Source: Podarcis pityusensis (taxonomy: Eukaryota). From it: a stretch of 64,000 nucleotides of DNA. Below, in pieces: positions 13,340 to 25,885 of this stretch (within the stretch, counting starts at the first letter, position 1; every line of letters begins with the position of its first letter). Under the pieces are notes generated by a model. The model was not told the origin of the DNA, made no database searches, and saw only the letters and a list, made by a program, of their open reading frames with translations. The stretch is taken from assembly GCA_964106645.2 (NCBI GenBank), contig OZ067038.1. The stretch is one strand, 5' to 3'. The translations under genes and the position numbers were made by a program.

Positions 13340-13610
13340 CTTTTCCCACGCTAACCCTAGGGCTCATTTGCATAAGGTCTCTGTTGTGACAATTAGTTTC
13401 AGGTGAGCTGATTTCTATGAAGCTTGCCCAAGACGATACACAAGCTCTGGGCCTCCCTGATCCTGGGCCTAATTGCGACTGACTGGCACCAGACACAATC
13501 ACCCTCTTGATGCAGCAAATTGTCCTGCAAGTAGCTTGTTGTGACCCTGCAACGCACAAATCATATCATGTCAGACTGGCATGGTAAACAGCAGATAAAA
13601 TGAAATTAGG
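13340..13610. promoter_or_regulatory. Enhancer-like block (octamer, homeobox TAAT, E-box, forkhead sites)
   Basis: ATTTGCAT at 13366-13373, TGACAATTAG, CAGGTG, CTAATTG and GTAAACA in non-repetitive sequence. Conservation not verified. Confidence 0.35.
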
Positions 13611-16394
13611 GGAAAGACATTTAAAAGAGAGAGAGAGGGGGGAAAAATACCTTCAATATATTATGTCAAACTTTTGTTATCCAGAGAGATCACAAATTTG
13701 TGCTGTGGAAGAAGCACTCTTAATGACCAAGTATTGAAACTTGATTTAAAAAAATTAAAAATAAAATAAAATCACGTTTGGATGATTTTAGTGGGTAAAG
13801 GGGGTTCTTCCAAAAATTTCCCTCTGTGGTGTTGTGAAAAGAGGCAACAGGGGTATATCAATAGGCAGGTTAGCAGAGAGCTTTGTCATTTCCGCAAAGT
13901 AAAACAACAACAACAACAACCCACAAAAGCAGTCAAAGCCAATGAATATTAACTCTGCACACAGCAGCCAAAGTAATGCTAGAACTTTTTCTTTCTCCTA
14001 AGACTAGCAAAAAGACAGCAAAGGGAGTGAGCATCAGCAAGGGCTTTTCAGAAGGGCAGTTTTCCAAAGCTGCTGCTTCCCTGTCCACTATTTGCTTTAA
14101 TGCCGACGTGAATGTTTCTTTTTGTCAACTTGGTTCCGCTTGGCGTTACAGTCAATCCACCAACTACAGAACTGCCTCTCAGATAGATGGCGAAGGCTAA
14201 AGCCTACTCTTTTGATCCGCCTGCAAAAGCCATGCTGAACCCAATCCAAGATTTGATTGAGACAAAAAAGAAAGAGTAAACCTTCACCAAATCAAACACA
14301 ACAAAATCACAGCGTGCCACAAGAGCACCACTCTTCATCCATAAATTGATCAGCCTTGTGGGTCATATCTAATGCAGTCCACTTCTTCCATAATTCAGTT
14401 TACAGAAACTTACACCTAGTGCCTAATGTATCATAAACTGGAATGGGCTTCGGCCCTGTGTTTGATTTTGGTCTTTATAAACAGAAGAGATGGGTTCTGC
14501 AAAATGTATTATTCACACAAGGGCTGAAAGTATTCACCCACAGTTGCTCAGGCCTCAGTTTTGATGTCAGACTTAGGCAATTCCGTTGGACTACTGATTT
14601 TAGTGAGCAAAGGGGTTAAACATTTGCCCACTGCAGATATTTATAAAATGGCTGTTCAGATGGATTAAGCCCATTAACACTGGATTAACTCTGGTTAGCT
14701 AGGGAAGTTCTGGCATTATCTCCAAATGAACAACAAGATCTTAAAATTTTCAGCAGAATCCATTCTAAATGCAACTCACTGGAGATTTTTCCTGCGTAAG
14801 CACCATTGAAATGATGCAAGAATACTACAGTGTTTTTGCATGGCTCCCATTCATATCAATGGGGACTGCACAAAGATTTACAGTGGATTGTGATCTGTTA
14901 AAATATCTTCCATATTGGTGGAGCAGCCAATATCAAAATGTCACAAATTCACATTTGTTGACATTTTCAGTTTTGGGTTGAGAACTGTGGCTAAGAGGGG
15001 CTTCTGAAGCCAGCTGTCCTCTGTTAATTTTGTAATCCTATAACCTGATAATGGGCTAACTGGTCTTTTTGAAATATAGAAGAAGGAATTTCAAAAAGTC
15101 ACCTCTGTGCTGAAATCAGCAATCCCCTGCTCTAGCCTAGGGAAATTTTCATATTCTTGGTGACATAAGGCCTAATTCTTCTTGCCCTAGGACAAATCCA
15201 TTGGATCAAATGGCACTACTCCCGATTTACATACCTCCGAGATACAAATGCACCATCTTTAATTTTATTACCCCATTTAACAGCAGTTAGAAATGAAGGA
15301 GGAATACAGTCTGTTAACAGAAGGGCTGAGCTAAGTGTAGGTAGCGGATTTTAGTATAGCGTTCTGCGTAACAGAAATACTGCAGCCACCACAGCCTACA
15401 AAACCAAAAACTCTTGTAACTGCCCTTATCTTTCCCTGGACTATAAGAGGGAAATGGAAATAGTTATTCAAGGTAGAAATGGCTTCTAAGCATAGAGGAA
15501 GAGCAAATGCTTCCCTGTGTAGCTACTTACTGTGGCCATTTGTATCTTTAATACACAGAACTTTCTGCAACATAACGCCGGCCACTATTCATTCCAATTC
15601 TTCATTCCTCCCATTACCCCATTCTTAAGTATTAGTTCTCACAAAGAGCAAATAATATGATAGTAAACCTTTTCCCAGGATCAAGGTGCTGGTGGGGGCC
15701 ATTTTTTTTTAATACTTCCCCATACAATCAAAACACCAACACAGGAAACTGGAAGTGAGGGGGGAAAGTTCTAATATAGCATTCATCCCTCACATTCTAG
15801 TTTCCTATGTATGGAGGGCTATTTTTTCTATTTTGGAGTATTTTAGTGATATGAGCCTCACACCTGTAGTCTGAAATGATGCTGTCCAGGCACAGGTTTG
15901 ATTACCTCACCTGTGCTTGTTGAGAAATGAGACCAGCTCCCAACATTTTTCACAGGCTCTTTCTCACCCATTACAGTTCTGCTCCCTTCCCTATCAAACT
16001 GACAAACCCCATCCAGTTTTAACCCTCCAATAAGGCTCCTCACTTCTGAGCCTTTTCCCTTGCACATACATCTTTCGCAAGGTTGGCTGTTAGGGGTTTC
16101 AAGTAGCAGCTGATACACAGGTTCTGCACTCGCCAAAGAACAAGCCCTCCTCCTCCGTGGACGCAATTTATGGCGAGTCACATGGTGCATTTTTGTTTTT
16201 AGTTCTCCCTAAAAGCATTTTCTGGCTGCTCTAGAAACAGAAATGATGGACCTCAAGTCCACCCACAATGGAATTGGGTCCATGAAACTTTGAGAGTGCA
16301 ACGCATGTTGCTGCTTGGTTTATTGTTGCTCCAACGCTTTGCCTGTTGTCTTCTTCCTGTGCCTTTTCCTTTCTGATCGCACCCACCCACCCCG

Positions 16395-16648
16395 CTCCAG
16401 AAGAAAACAAGATTCCTGAAATCTGGAAAGGAAACAGAGGGTGTGCTAATGACTCAGTAGGAGGCACTCTCTCCTCTGAGTCAATCCTATTCCAGAAGGA
16501 GCTACATAGCATTTGAAGGGTGCTGTGCAGCTGCAGGTGCTGCCTTTCCTGTGCACCGTATAATTAAGGCCTTTTGGGTTACTATAGATACCTTAGTCTT
16601 TTTTGCAGTAGTAAGTGTGCCTAGCAAAGCTCAAACTGGTGTAATTAT
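16395..16648 (+). mobile_element. AmnSINE1 (DeuSINE superfamily) relic
   Basis: Collinear blocks TGACTCAGTAGGAGGCACTCTCTCCTCTGAGTCA, GGTGCTGTGCAGCTGCAGGTGCTGCCTTTC, ACTATAGATACC and CAAACTGGTGTAATTA resemble the recalled AmnSINE1 consensus (TGATTCAGTAGGTGGCACTCTTCCCTCTGAGTCA...CTGTGCTGCTGGAGGTGCCGTCTTTC...GGGTAATTA). Confidence 0.75.
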
Positions 16649-19600
16649 CTGGCGTTTTCATCCTTGATGACTCAAAGGGCCACACTCTTCTTATTCACTT
16701 TCTATCCTAAACTCTGGTGGAAGGGGGCTAGGATGTCATCTTAAATAGTTTTCTTGGGATGACTTTAATGCAGCAGTTCAGTTAAATATTGTCTGGATGA
16801 GCATCATGTGACCTTGCAGTCTCATGTGCAATTCTAGCTATAAGCCATGTTTGATGACCACTAGAAATACCTGAGAGTGGCCTTACATTGAGCAGACCGG
16901 AGGAGAGGGCATGTGAGTTGGTGTACATCATAAAGTTGGCATTATGCGCATTAAAGAGCTACTTCCTGGCTTTGGGGACCAATCAAAAAGAACAATCAAG
17001 ATGCTACAGTTCTGTACATGCTTGCTTGGGAATATGTCCCACGTGAAGATGAGACATAACCACTGAGTTAAAGTCAACCTATTGGTTAGTTATTATTCCT
17101 GGCAGATTTAGCCGTCACAATGCACTTCCTGATTGCAAGCAGTGGGGAAAGAGAACCACAAAACCGGCAAACTTGTTGTTGCTAATAGTTGCTTGATCTA
17201 GCTAAATAAGTCATTATTTCTTGGTTATAGTTTAACTTGACAGCTACTTTCTTCCTTAATTCCTGGTGGTACAGAACAAATGACACAACTCGATATGGAA
17301 GTTTATCTGTCAACATGATGCCAAATTTTGAGGTAAACAGTAAATTATTAGGTTTTTTTAAAATAAGATTTTTGTTTTGTTTTGCTGGAGGGACATATTT
17401 GAAAAGGTGTGCTGATAAAATTAAAAGTAATTCGAAGGCATGTCATGAAACGATCGAGGTGCAACATTGTCTTTTTGTCAGTGTCATTCTTGCACGCACA
17501 ATTATTTTCTTTCACTCTCACCAACCTACCTCAAACAAAGCATCAGATTCTGAATTTCCTACACATTGGTACAAACCACTGGGGGGGGGGGGCAGAAGGA
17601 AAGGAGGACTGGCTACCTACCACTAAGTAAAATACAACTGCAAAGAGGAAATAAAAAAATACAAATGGATCAAATATAAGGGAATGTTGGTTAAAATATC
17701 CCATAAATAATACTTTCAGAGTTAAAATTACTCTGAGAACAGAACTAAGGCGGGGTTTCAATGAAGCATGCAGTCTTGATTGAAATGGCGTAGGGGTGAC
17801 TTTTTCCACTTCTGTGCGTACAGAAACATCACTCTCTCTCTCACTCTCTGCGTGTATCTATATATTTTAATGTAAAACTACATTGATCATAGTTTTGATT
17901 ATGAACCTCACTTTTCCCCAAAAGAGCAATGACAGCGATCTTTAACGTAATAATTTATTTTATTTTATTGCTGAATGCCTTGGGCTCCTTTCCCCTTTCT
18001 TTCTTCCCTTCATTCCACCAACTGAAACAGAGACAATTCTTTGTATGTTGAAACGTGCAATTATCATGTATCCAAAAAGGAGGGTGTAATTTTCACATCT
18101 GATTACAAGGGAAGAGTGTAAGAGAAGCTGCCTCGGTAAACATACACTTGTTTACAGAGCAATACCCTTGATATTAAAATCTTCAAAAAAACACATGAAC
18201 CACTGAAGGGGGGGGGGCAAGATTGCCATGCGGCAAAGCAAAAACTAAGCATTTCTCTTGGCGTGACTACAAATGGAGAAGTCAAGTCTTCTGAACTTGA
18301 ACAGGCTTACTTACTTCAGATGATTGCTAAGAAGATATGCAGCCCAATTTGATTTGCAGTTACTCAGAGTTTAAGTCCCACTGAATTAAATGGAACTACC
18401 ATGTAAGTGTACATAGGATCATAGCCTTGCAGCATGTTTTTGTTGCATGGTGAGCTAAGGAGTTTGTGCTTTTTTTTAACCTGCTAATAATTCTAAGTAA
18501 GTATGTGAAATGCTTTGGCTACTTAAACACCTATTTCCTCAGTTTAAACTGAAGAACCCAAGTCCTTTGTAAACCCACGTCCTTTTCTTTTAAAATGGTG
18601 TGTTTTTCCTGTCACTTATTATTTTTTATTTTTTACTCTTCCCCATCCCCCCCCCCCCCCGCCTCATGTCTTCATTTTTGGTGTGTGCTGATTTACCTTT
18701 GATAAGATGAGCTTCTGAGTATAAGAAATTATTTTTGTTGTCATGTAGGAAGAGATGCTATCTTGGAAAACACAGTGCAGTTTACAGATTGCTTAGTAAG
18801 GAGATCAGAGATAGTGGGAAGAGAGATCGCACAACAGGTAAGGTTAGAAAACATGCCCCGAAGCTGAAAGTGATACAAGCAGCCTTTTAAAATGATATAA
18901 TAAAAAACAATTGCCGTGGTGCAATTGTGGGCACTTTAGAAAGCACTTTCTAAACTACCTTGTGAGGACCGATACTGGAAATTAAAGCACAGCAACCCCA
19001 TTCTTAAGCAGGAACAAAAAGGAAAATATAGACAGGCCTGGATTTCTTAGGGAAGGAAAGGGACCTCATGCATTGCATAAACAAAATGATTATTTTATAA
19101 GGCTAAAGGCATCTGGGATAGAATGTTTTTTAATATATGGAAGAATCAATTTTATCTGGGCATGAAGACTAGTTTAAGCCAAGGAGAACTTGAAACACTG
19201 TTGTTATTGGGGTGGGGAATTAAGGGGAAAGCAATGGTTCCTTTAGACTAGTTGTTCTCTTCAAATGTTCTCTTCTTTAAAAACCTACCTTGTGGTCCAC
19301 TTTTTCCATAAAACAACGTTCCTGGTTCAGAAATCTGCTTGCCAACAGCGGTTTGATTTGGGATCAGCTTTTATTGGGCAACCCTGAGAAGAGTAGCCTG
19401 GTTATTTAAAAAGAGAAAAGTATTGTCTAATATCCACTTGTAATCACAATTACTGTCCAACTATTTGTGGTGTCTTCAGAGGTCTATGTGAAATCAGAGG
19501 CAGTCTGTACTTTCCAACCTGTTTGCTCTGCAGTTTGTTCTGCATGCTTCCATTGAACTGTAGCAGAACTACTGCCATAGCTAGTACCACTGTATCACTG

Positions 19601-19786
19601 AAGAGACAAATCTATTGTAATAGTGATTTCATAGCCCACTTCAGCAGAGTTATGAAAGGGTCTAAGAAGATTGTATGATGGGTATATGTGCCCATGTACC
19701 TCTCTATTTAGTGCAGGTGGTTTTATCCATGCAACTAGTTTTAGTATTCCTGAAAATGCCTTCCTTAAGACATCCATAATCTTATA

Positions 19787-20025
19787 CAGTGGTACCTCGG
19801 GTTACATACGCTTCAGGTTACATACGCTTCAGGTTACATACGCTTCAGGTTACAGACTCCGCCAACCCAGAAATAGTGCTTCAGGATGAGAACAGAAATC
19901 GTGCTCTGGTGGCGCGGCGGCAGCAGGAGGCCCCATTAGCTAAAGTGCTGCTTCAGGTTAAGAACAGTTTCAGGTTAAGTACGGACTTCCGGAACGAATT
20001 AAGTACTTAACCTGAGGTACCACTG
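19787..20025. mobile_element. Tc1/mariner (pogo/Tigger-type) MITE
   Basis: TIRs CAGTGGTACCTCGGGTTA / TAACCTGAGGTACCACTG, TA on both sides, internal 16-bp tandem GGTTACATACGCTTCA x3, CpGs retained. Confidence 0.92.
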
Positions 20026-21956
20026 TATTAGGGGAAGTCCGTTTTGTGATAGGAGGGCTTCAACAAGTTTCCAGGATTAAAGTTTTTTTTGTCTTTTCCA
20101 CATACGCAGAAAACCTGATTTTTATTTACATGAAAAGGACTCAAAAAGCTAAAAATTGTAACACCCCCTTCTCCCTTCTTTATATGTGAACTGGGCAGGC
20201 AGGTGAATGACCAACATGTCTCCCTGTGTCATGTGCAGTTTGGTCCTTAGTTTATAGGAGAAAGGCAGACTCAAGCTCTTAACACAGCAGCCTGTTTCTC
20301 TACCTGTGTAGCACTATCATTAGTTAGGCATTGGTGTCTTCACAGTTGAAACACTAGTAGCCAAACAGAACTAACTCATATAAATACTGTATGGGCTGAC
20401 TGTCAAATAAAATGGGCCATAACCCTTAAATGAAATTCTGTACATTATTATGTATGTCAGTGGAAGAAGTCACTGCATAGAATATGGTGCATTGGTGTTT
20501 GGATTGTGTGGGTGTATTTGGTGTCTAGTGCAATTCTCTCCCCCCTCCACCGCATAGCCTCAACGTATTTAAAACAACGAATTAATATATCTTCAGCACC
20601 CCAATCAATGCTGAAAATGCACTTTCATTTTTCACAGAGTTGTTAGAGTACATTTGCTTATATTTTGCACTATTTTAATTTAACCATATTGATCAAAATA
20701 AGCACTCAATACAACCTTAGGCACCTAAGCCTTATTAAAATTAGTCAACTTGAAGCAAGTGACCTGAGGAAGAAAATTGCTCAGGGATTTTATATGCAGA
20801 GAACCCAACTTACATAAATACCTGTTAATGAAATAAATCTCTTAAGTGAATATGTTTTCTTTAGACTGAACTTGAACACACAGGAAATGCCCGTGAGGCT
20901 CTTTAGGTGACAAGCTCATGTGTGAATATGCAAGTTTTAAAAGTCCATTTTTATCACTAATCACAAGCCTGCTTTGTGTTTTCCCTCCTGTTATTAGAAT
21001 TAAGAAAGACTGCACCTGTTACTGTTGTGAGATCCTCTGTTGCTAAACTGTTGAAACTGCACATACAATTATATCCAGTTGCATATCATATAATTTGTCT
21101 ATATAATATACTGGGGGAATAGTACAATAGTTCTTCTGGTAACTCGCCCACTCATTTTGTCCCTGTGCAAATTAGTTAGGCCGCACTCCTAGCACTTGCA
21201 TAAGAGAAACGGGGTGGGGGGGGGCAGAGAGAGATAAATAAAATAAAATCCAAGCTTTTCCCCCCCTCCAGACTAGTTTATGCTCTAACAAATAATATGT
21301 TTTCCTGCTACAAAAGTTGCCACATTTCTTCAGCCGGGTTGAGAGGCATAATTAAAACACAAGCTCTCAGGGCTGGCTTTAACAGTGATTTGCAATACAC
21401 CCCTTTTGACACATTCTAGTTCAAAAATATTGTTTTCAGAAACATTGCTGTTTCTTGAAGGGGGGGGGTTGCTGAAGTGATGCTACACAGCATTTTAAAC
21501 TGATTAATCCTGTCTTTCCTCAGAGGACTTGACCTGCGATGATGTTTTATTTTAGTCGAAATGGGACGAGGTGGAGGAGATACAGGATGTAGCCAAGGAT
21601 AGACGTCTTACTGCAATACCTTTTAATGAACTGAGCCAAAAATGAACGGTATGATCTTTAGAGATTTCCTCCAACCTGTTTATCAGAGACTGCCTATAGA
21701 GATATCTGTGTACTTATTCTCTCACCCCACCGCCTTGCTCTGCCTCCTTCTCCAGCCTTGTAAAGGATATTAACTCGTTGCCTAAACAAAATCCCAAATG
21801 TGAGTCAGGTCTTGTGGCAGTAGCAACTGCTGTGGTATTGCTGGCCAGAATTCACCCCAGTAAAACGCCAATGTTATGCTTGCTCTTTTAGAATTCATGA
21901 GAAACACACGCATCCACTGAATCTCCAACTCCAACTTTATTTCATTTATAAATTAC

Positions 21957-22112
21957 NNNNNNNNNNNNNNNNNNNNNNNNNNNNNNNNNNNNNNNNNNNN
22001 NNNNNNNNNNNNNNNNNNNNNNNNNNNNNNNNNNNNNNNNNNNNNNNNNNNNNNNNNNNNNNNNNNNNNNNNNNNNNNNNNNNNNNNNNNNNNNNNNNNN
22101 NNNNNNNNNNNN
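21957..22112. other. N block (156 nt)
   Basis: Run of N; minus-strand GTAATT immediately follows; right flank is CpG- and E-box-rich. Confidence 0.99.
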
Positions 22113-22932
22113 GGGTGCGCAATAGCGAGGATAGCGAAACACAAACATGGCACGTTCGTTTACACAGGAACACCTGCTTAGCGTGATAGCAGATGTCAGT
22201 CAGCAAGAGGAACACAAAAGGGAAAAAAAAATACCAACAACAGCAAACTCAGAACCATTTTCAAACCAGCGCGGTGAAATCTCTCCAGCAAGAATATAAA
22301 TGGCTGGGCATTCATTTTACAAATGAAGGAAGCCAGGGCGCCAATGTGTTGGAAAGTCTCACTTGACTCACTTGAAGACTGAGTTGATTGCAAGACACTC
22401 ATTTGGAATGTGCAAAATAGCTTGCACCAAATCTATGCTTTGGGGTTTGGAAACCCATCATTTGGGGTTCAATACTAGACATGTATTAGAAGAAGCAAGC
22501 ATATAGCGCATAGGGCATAGAAAAGTATAGCTACATGTATGGTGGTACAACATGCATCACCATTGCTTTATAAGTATGAACAACTGGTGCTATATACTTT
22601 CCGCACTTTATATGCAAGTAGATAACGGGCGTTGGGCTGGAACTTTGCTTCAGTTCAATGTTGAAATAATTTTTTGAAATATATTTTATAAAAGCCAAAA
22701 TGAAATTACCAGCTGGGAAGAATGGGAGTGTCACGTTTTAAAGTTCTGTGCTTCTATTTTTATGCGGCAACAGGTTGCTTTGTGAAGTGCAGCTCCCCCA
22801 TCCCCGTATTTAGGACTTAGGGTGCATTATTTTTGCAGTTGGGTATTGATATACTCTCTGAACACAATTTGCAGTTAACTATTTTTCATAAGGATTGTTA
22901 GAATTCAGAGTGAGTCAACTTACGTAGGTCTG

Positions 22933-23176
22933 TGCATTAAAGACTCCCTAAGTATGCATTGACTTGATACCCAGTAATGGCTTCTAAGGAGCCGTTATGT
23001 AGTATCGTGTCAATGATCCATGCATTGAGGACTCCCTAAGTACGCATTGACACGATAGACCGTAACAGCTCTGAAGAAGCCGTTACGGTCTATCATGACA
23101 ATGATCTGCAGATATTGGCAGCGCCTCTTGCTCTTTCATAAAGATTGTAAAAGTCTCTGAAGAAGCTGTTACGATC
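22933..23176. repeat. 88-bp tandem duplication, each unit with a 59-nt hairpin, plus a third partial copy
   Basis: Units start at 22933 and 23021 (TGCATT..GACTCCCTAAGTA.GCATTGAC...). Hairpins at 22957-23015 and 23045-23103. Remnant CTCTGAAGAAGCTGTTACG at about 23155-23173. Confidence 0.9.
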
Positions 23177-24493
23177 ATGCTGCAAGACTCATCAATCAGA
23201 TCAATGACAGAGTTTTGCTCTTCCATTTATCTTTGCAGTGCTGTGTTTTCTTTTTAAGATTGTAGTACCACAGAGGTCAACATACTTAAACATAGCACCT
23301 GCTGATGGAGTGGCTTTAGATGTCTGTAGATATGTAGAGTAGAGCAGAAATCTACTATTCTTACAATAGAGTCCTATGCGTGTTTTATTGGGAGTGAGTT
23401 TATATGGCTGGATTTGCACTGTGGCTTAATCCAAGACCAGCCTTTGTATTTCAGACTAAACTTTTAACACAGAGGATAATATTCATGAGGGTCTTCAGGT
23501 GACAATCTCAGCTGTCAATATGCCAGATTAGAAGATCCACATTTCTTGTTCAATACAAGTCCAGATGAGTTGGTACTCTTATTTCTCAACCTGCTTATGC
23601 AGAATATTGTAAAGGTTTTATTAAACAAAATATCTATGAAATTGAAGGGGGGGAAATTGCTATTGAAAGGTTTGCCTCCTATGAGAAAGTGTATTGCTTT
23701 CCCTCCTTCATGCCTGAGTATAAAACGACAATGTAAACCTTGCAAATATTGCAATTATATTGTTGTATGGGACAATATACAAGATATATGCACAAGATCA
23801 AGATGAACTTTAGAGGCCTTTCCTCTGAATTTCTTGGCATTTTATGGGTTTGTAACAGAATTGCAGCATTATTTTGATTCCGCACCCCAACACAAACACA
23901 AACCCACTGTGTGTTTCACATTATATATAAATGTTCGTGTTTGACGAAAAGTCATCCTTGTTTTCTGAGCTGCTACAGATTCCTATGAAAACATTATGAG
24001 TCTCGCCTTTTTGTGGCATCTTTGGCTGATGAAGATGAGAGGAAATGGGTTGGAATGTTCTTTTGGGAAAGAAAGCTCTCAGAATGAAGTTGGACTTTAT
24101 ACATGCTCTAGGACTATAAAAGAATAATTAGATACTCTGCAAGATGTTAGCTTCTGAGAAAATTTAGATGCTTTATGTACAATTTGAGGGCATAGTTTTT
24201 AATTAATTCTTCAGCAGTGGCATAGCTGTCCTATGTGGCACCTTTATTTTACATACTATTTATGATGCATTATCTTTTGCTCTGTTTATCGACATTGCAC
24301 AGCCTGTCAACTGTCAAAATAGCTCTTTCCCCAATTTAGAATCAAAAGTGAAACACCCTTCAGTAAGATATGGCCAGGGAGGGAAAGCAAACCTGAAAGA
24401 ACTGTGTGCAGAATCATGAACGTCTTGAGATGTCAAGAATGGGACTGTGAGCTGGAATTTGCCACTGGAATTCTGGATAGGATGTGTAGGAGA

Positions 24494-24685
24494 AAGGTCA
24501 TAGGTCAGTAGTAGAGCACACGTGTTACATGCAAAATATTCAGGTTCAATCAGTGGCATCTCTAGGTAGGCCTACCGAGGACTCCTGACTGAAACTGTGG
24601 AGAGCTGCTTCCACTCAATGTCAACAATACTGAGCTAAATGCATCAACAATCTGATTTGGTTTAAAGCCACTTCTTGTGTTTCCC
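24494..24685 (+). mobile_element. Degraded tRNA-derived SINE (Squam2-like)
   Basis: TCAGTAGTAGAGCA...CAGGTTCAATC...CTGAAACTGTGGAGAGCTGC...AATACTGAGCTAAATG, collinear with the copy at 58323. Confidence 0.75.
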
Positions 24686-25769
24686 AAGAGGAAAGGGAAC
24701 CATTCTGAACACAAATAACTGGGGCCCAAGGGCAAAAAAGGATGAAATATGGAGAAAAACTTCCAGCTAAGCAACTAACATTGTGTTACTCATTTCATAC
24801 TAAGTGGATTCCGGAAATGCATGACAAGACAGTAACGAGGTGGTGCTGTGGTGGTAAAATGGGTTCTGCAAAAAACAAAGCAGTCATTATCATCCACTGT
24901 CTGCTTGCCATCATCCTACGCATTGCAAACCAATCTTTTCGTGGGTTAGGCCAATTAAACTACTGAGGTGGAAGTTTCCAAAAGCAGTAGCACACTTGTT
25001 TCTAAGGAAGCAACTGCAGAAGTAAAGAAGTACCTGAGATAAGAACTTCCAGAAAGTATCTCTAGTTGTGATTTACCTTCGCTGATTCTCCCCCCTCCCC
25101 AGCACTGCCCTTTAGATGCTTAGGGAGGCGGGGTCTAATTTGCAAAAGGCTATAAAACATTAATGGGTACTAGGCAAACCCAAAGAATTACAGAGTATGC
25201 ATACTTGGAAATAAGTCCTACTGAGTTCAACAGGCCTTATTCCCAAGTCAAAGTATGTAGGATTGCAGCCAAATTAATTTGTCTCTATAGGAATAGTCCA
25301 TAATAACATGGTAAGAAATAACAAAACAGAATTGAGCAGAAACACAGAACATTTTCCATAATTACTAATATGTAATTTGAATCAAGAATCTTTAGTGGCA
25401 CTAATGACATTTTCTCTTTCCAGTGTAAAACATTCAGTAGGTTGTATGCAACTGTGTGATGGAAGAGGCTTCCATCAGCAGAAGGGAGAAAGCCATTCCC
25501 CAATCCCCTCTATAGCCCTCTATACCACCCCAAATCTGCCCCAGTGTTGGGGTACCTTTGGGAACAGATAGAGAACTGCAGAGGAAGTAGAATCACCCTA
25601 AATTTCCTTCATTGGTGTTCTCAGCTTTGGACACCTCTGCTGGATCAAAAATCCTTCAGAGAACTTCCAGGAACTCAGAGAAGTTCCATCCAGCCCACTC
25701 ATGTCTACTTTGACCTGCAACAATTCTCCAGGGTCTCTGTCTTTCACATCACACGCTACCTGATCCTTG

Positions 25770-25885
25770 TGTTACTTTTTTCATTGTTGTTCATTATTAT
25801 GCTGTGTATTTTTGTGGTTTTATACTGTAAACCGCCCTGTGATCCTCGGATAGTGGGCGGTCTATAGATTTAATAAATAAATAAT
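25770..25885 (+). mobile_element. L2-type LINE/SINE 3' tail
   Basis: TGTAAACCGCCCTGTGATCCTCGGATAGTGGGCGG...AATAAATAAATA; resembles the reverse complement of the L2 tail at 62184-62250. Confidence 0.7.

Noticed and set aside
14299-14321. Resemblance to the miR-7 passenger strand
   Set aside because: No miR-7-5p arm upstream and no hairpin.
23071-23077. CTGAAGA in the hairpin loop as a hammerhead core, or the 88-bp repeat as a CRISPR array
   Set aside because: No stem II-GAAA follows; the units have no unique spacers and the DNA is vertebrate.
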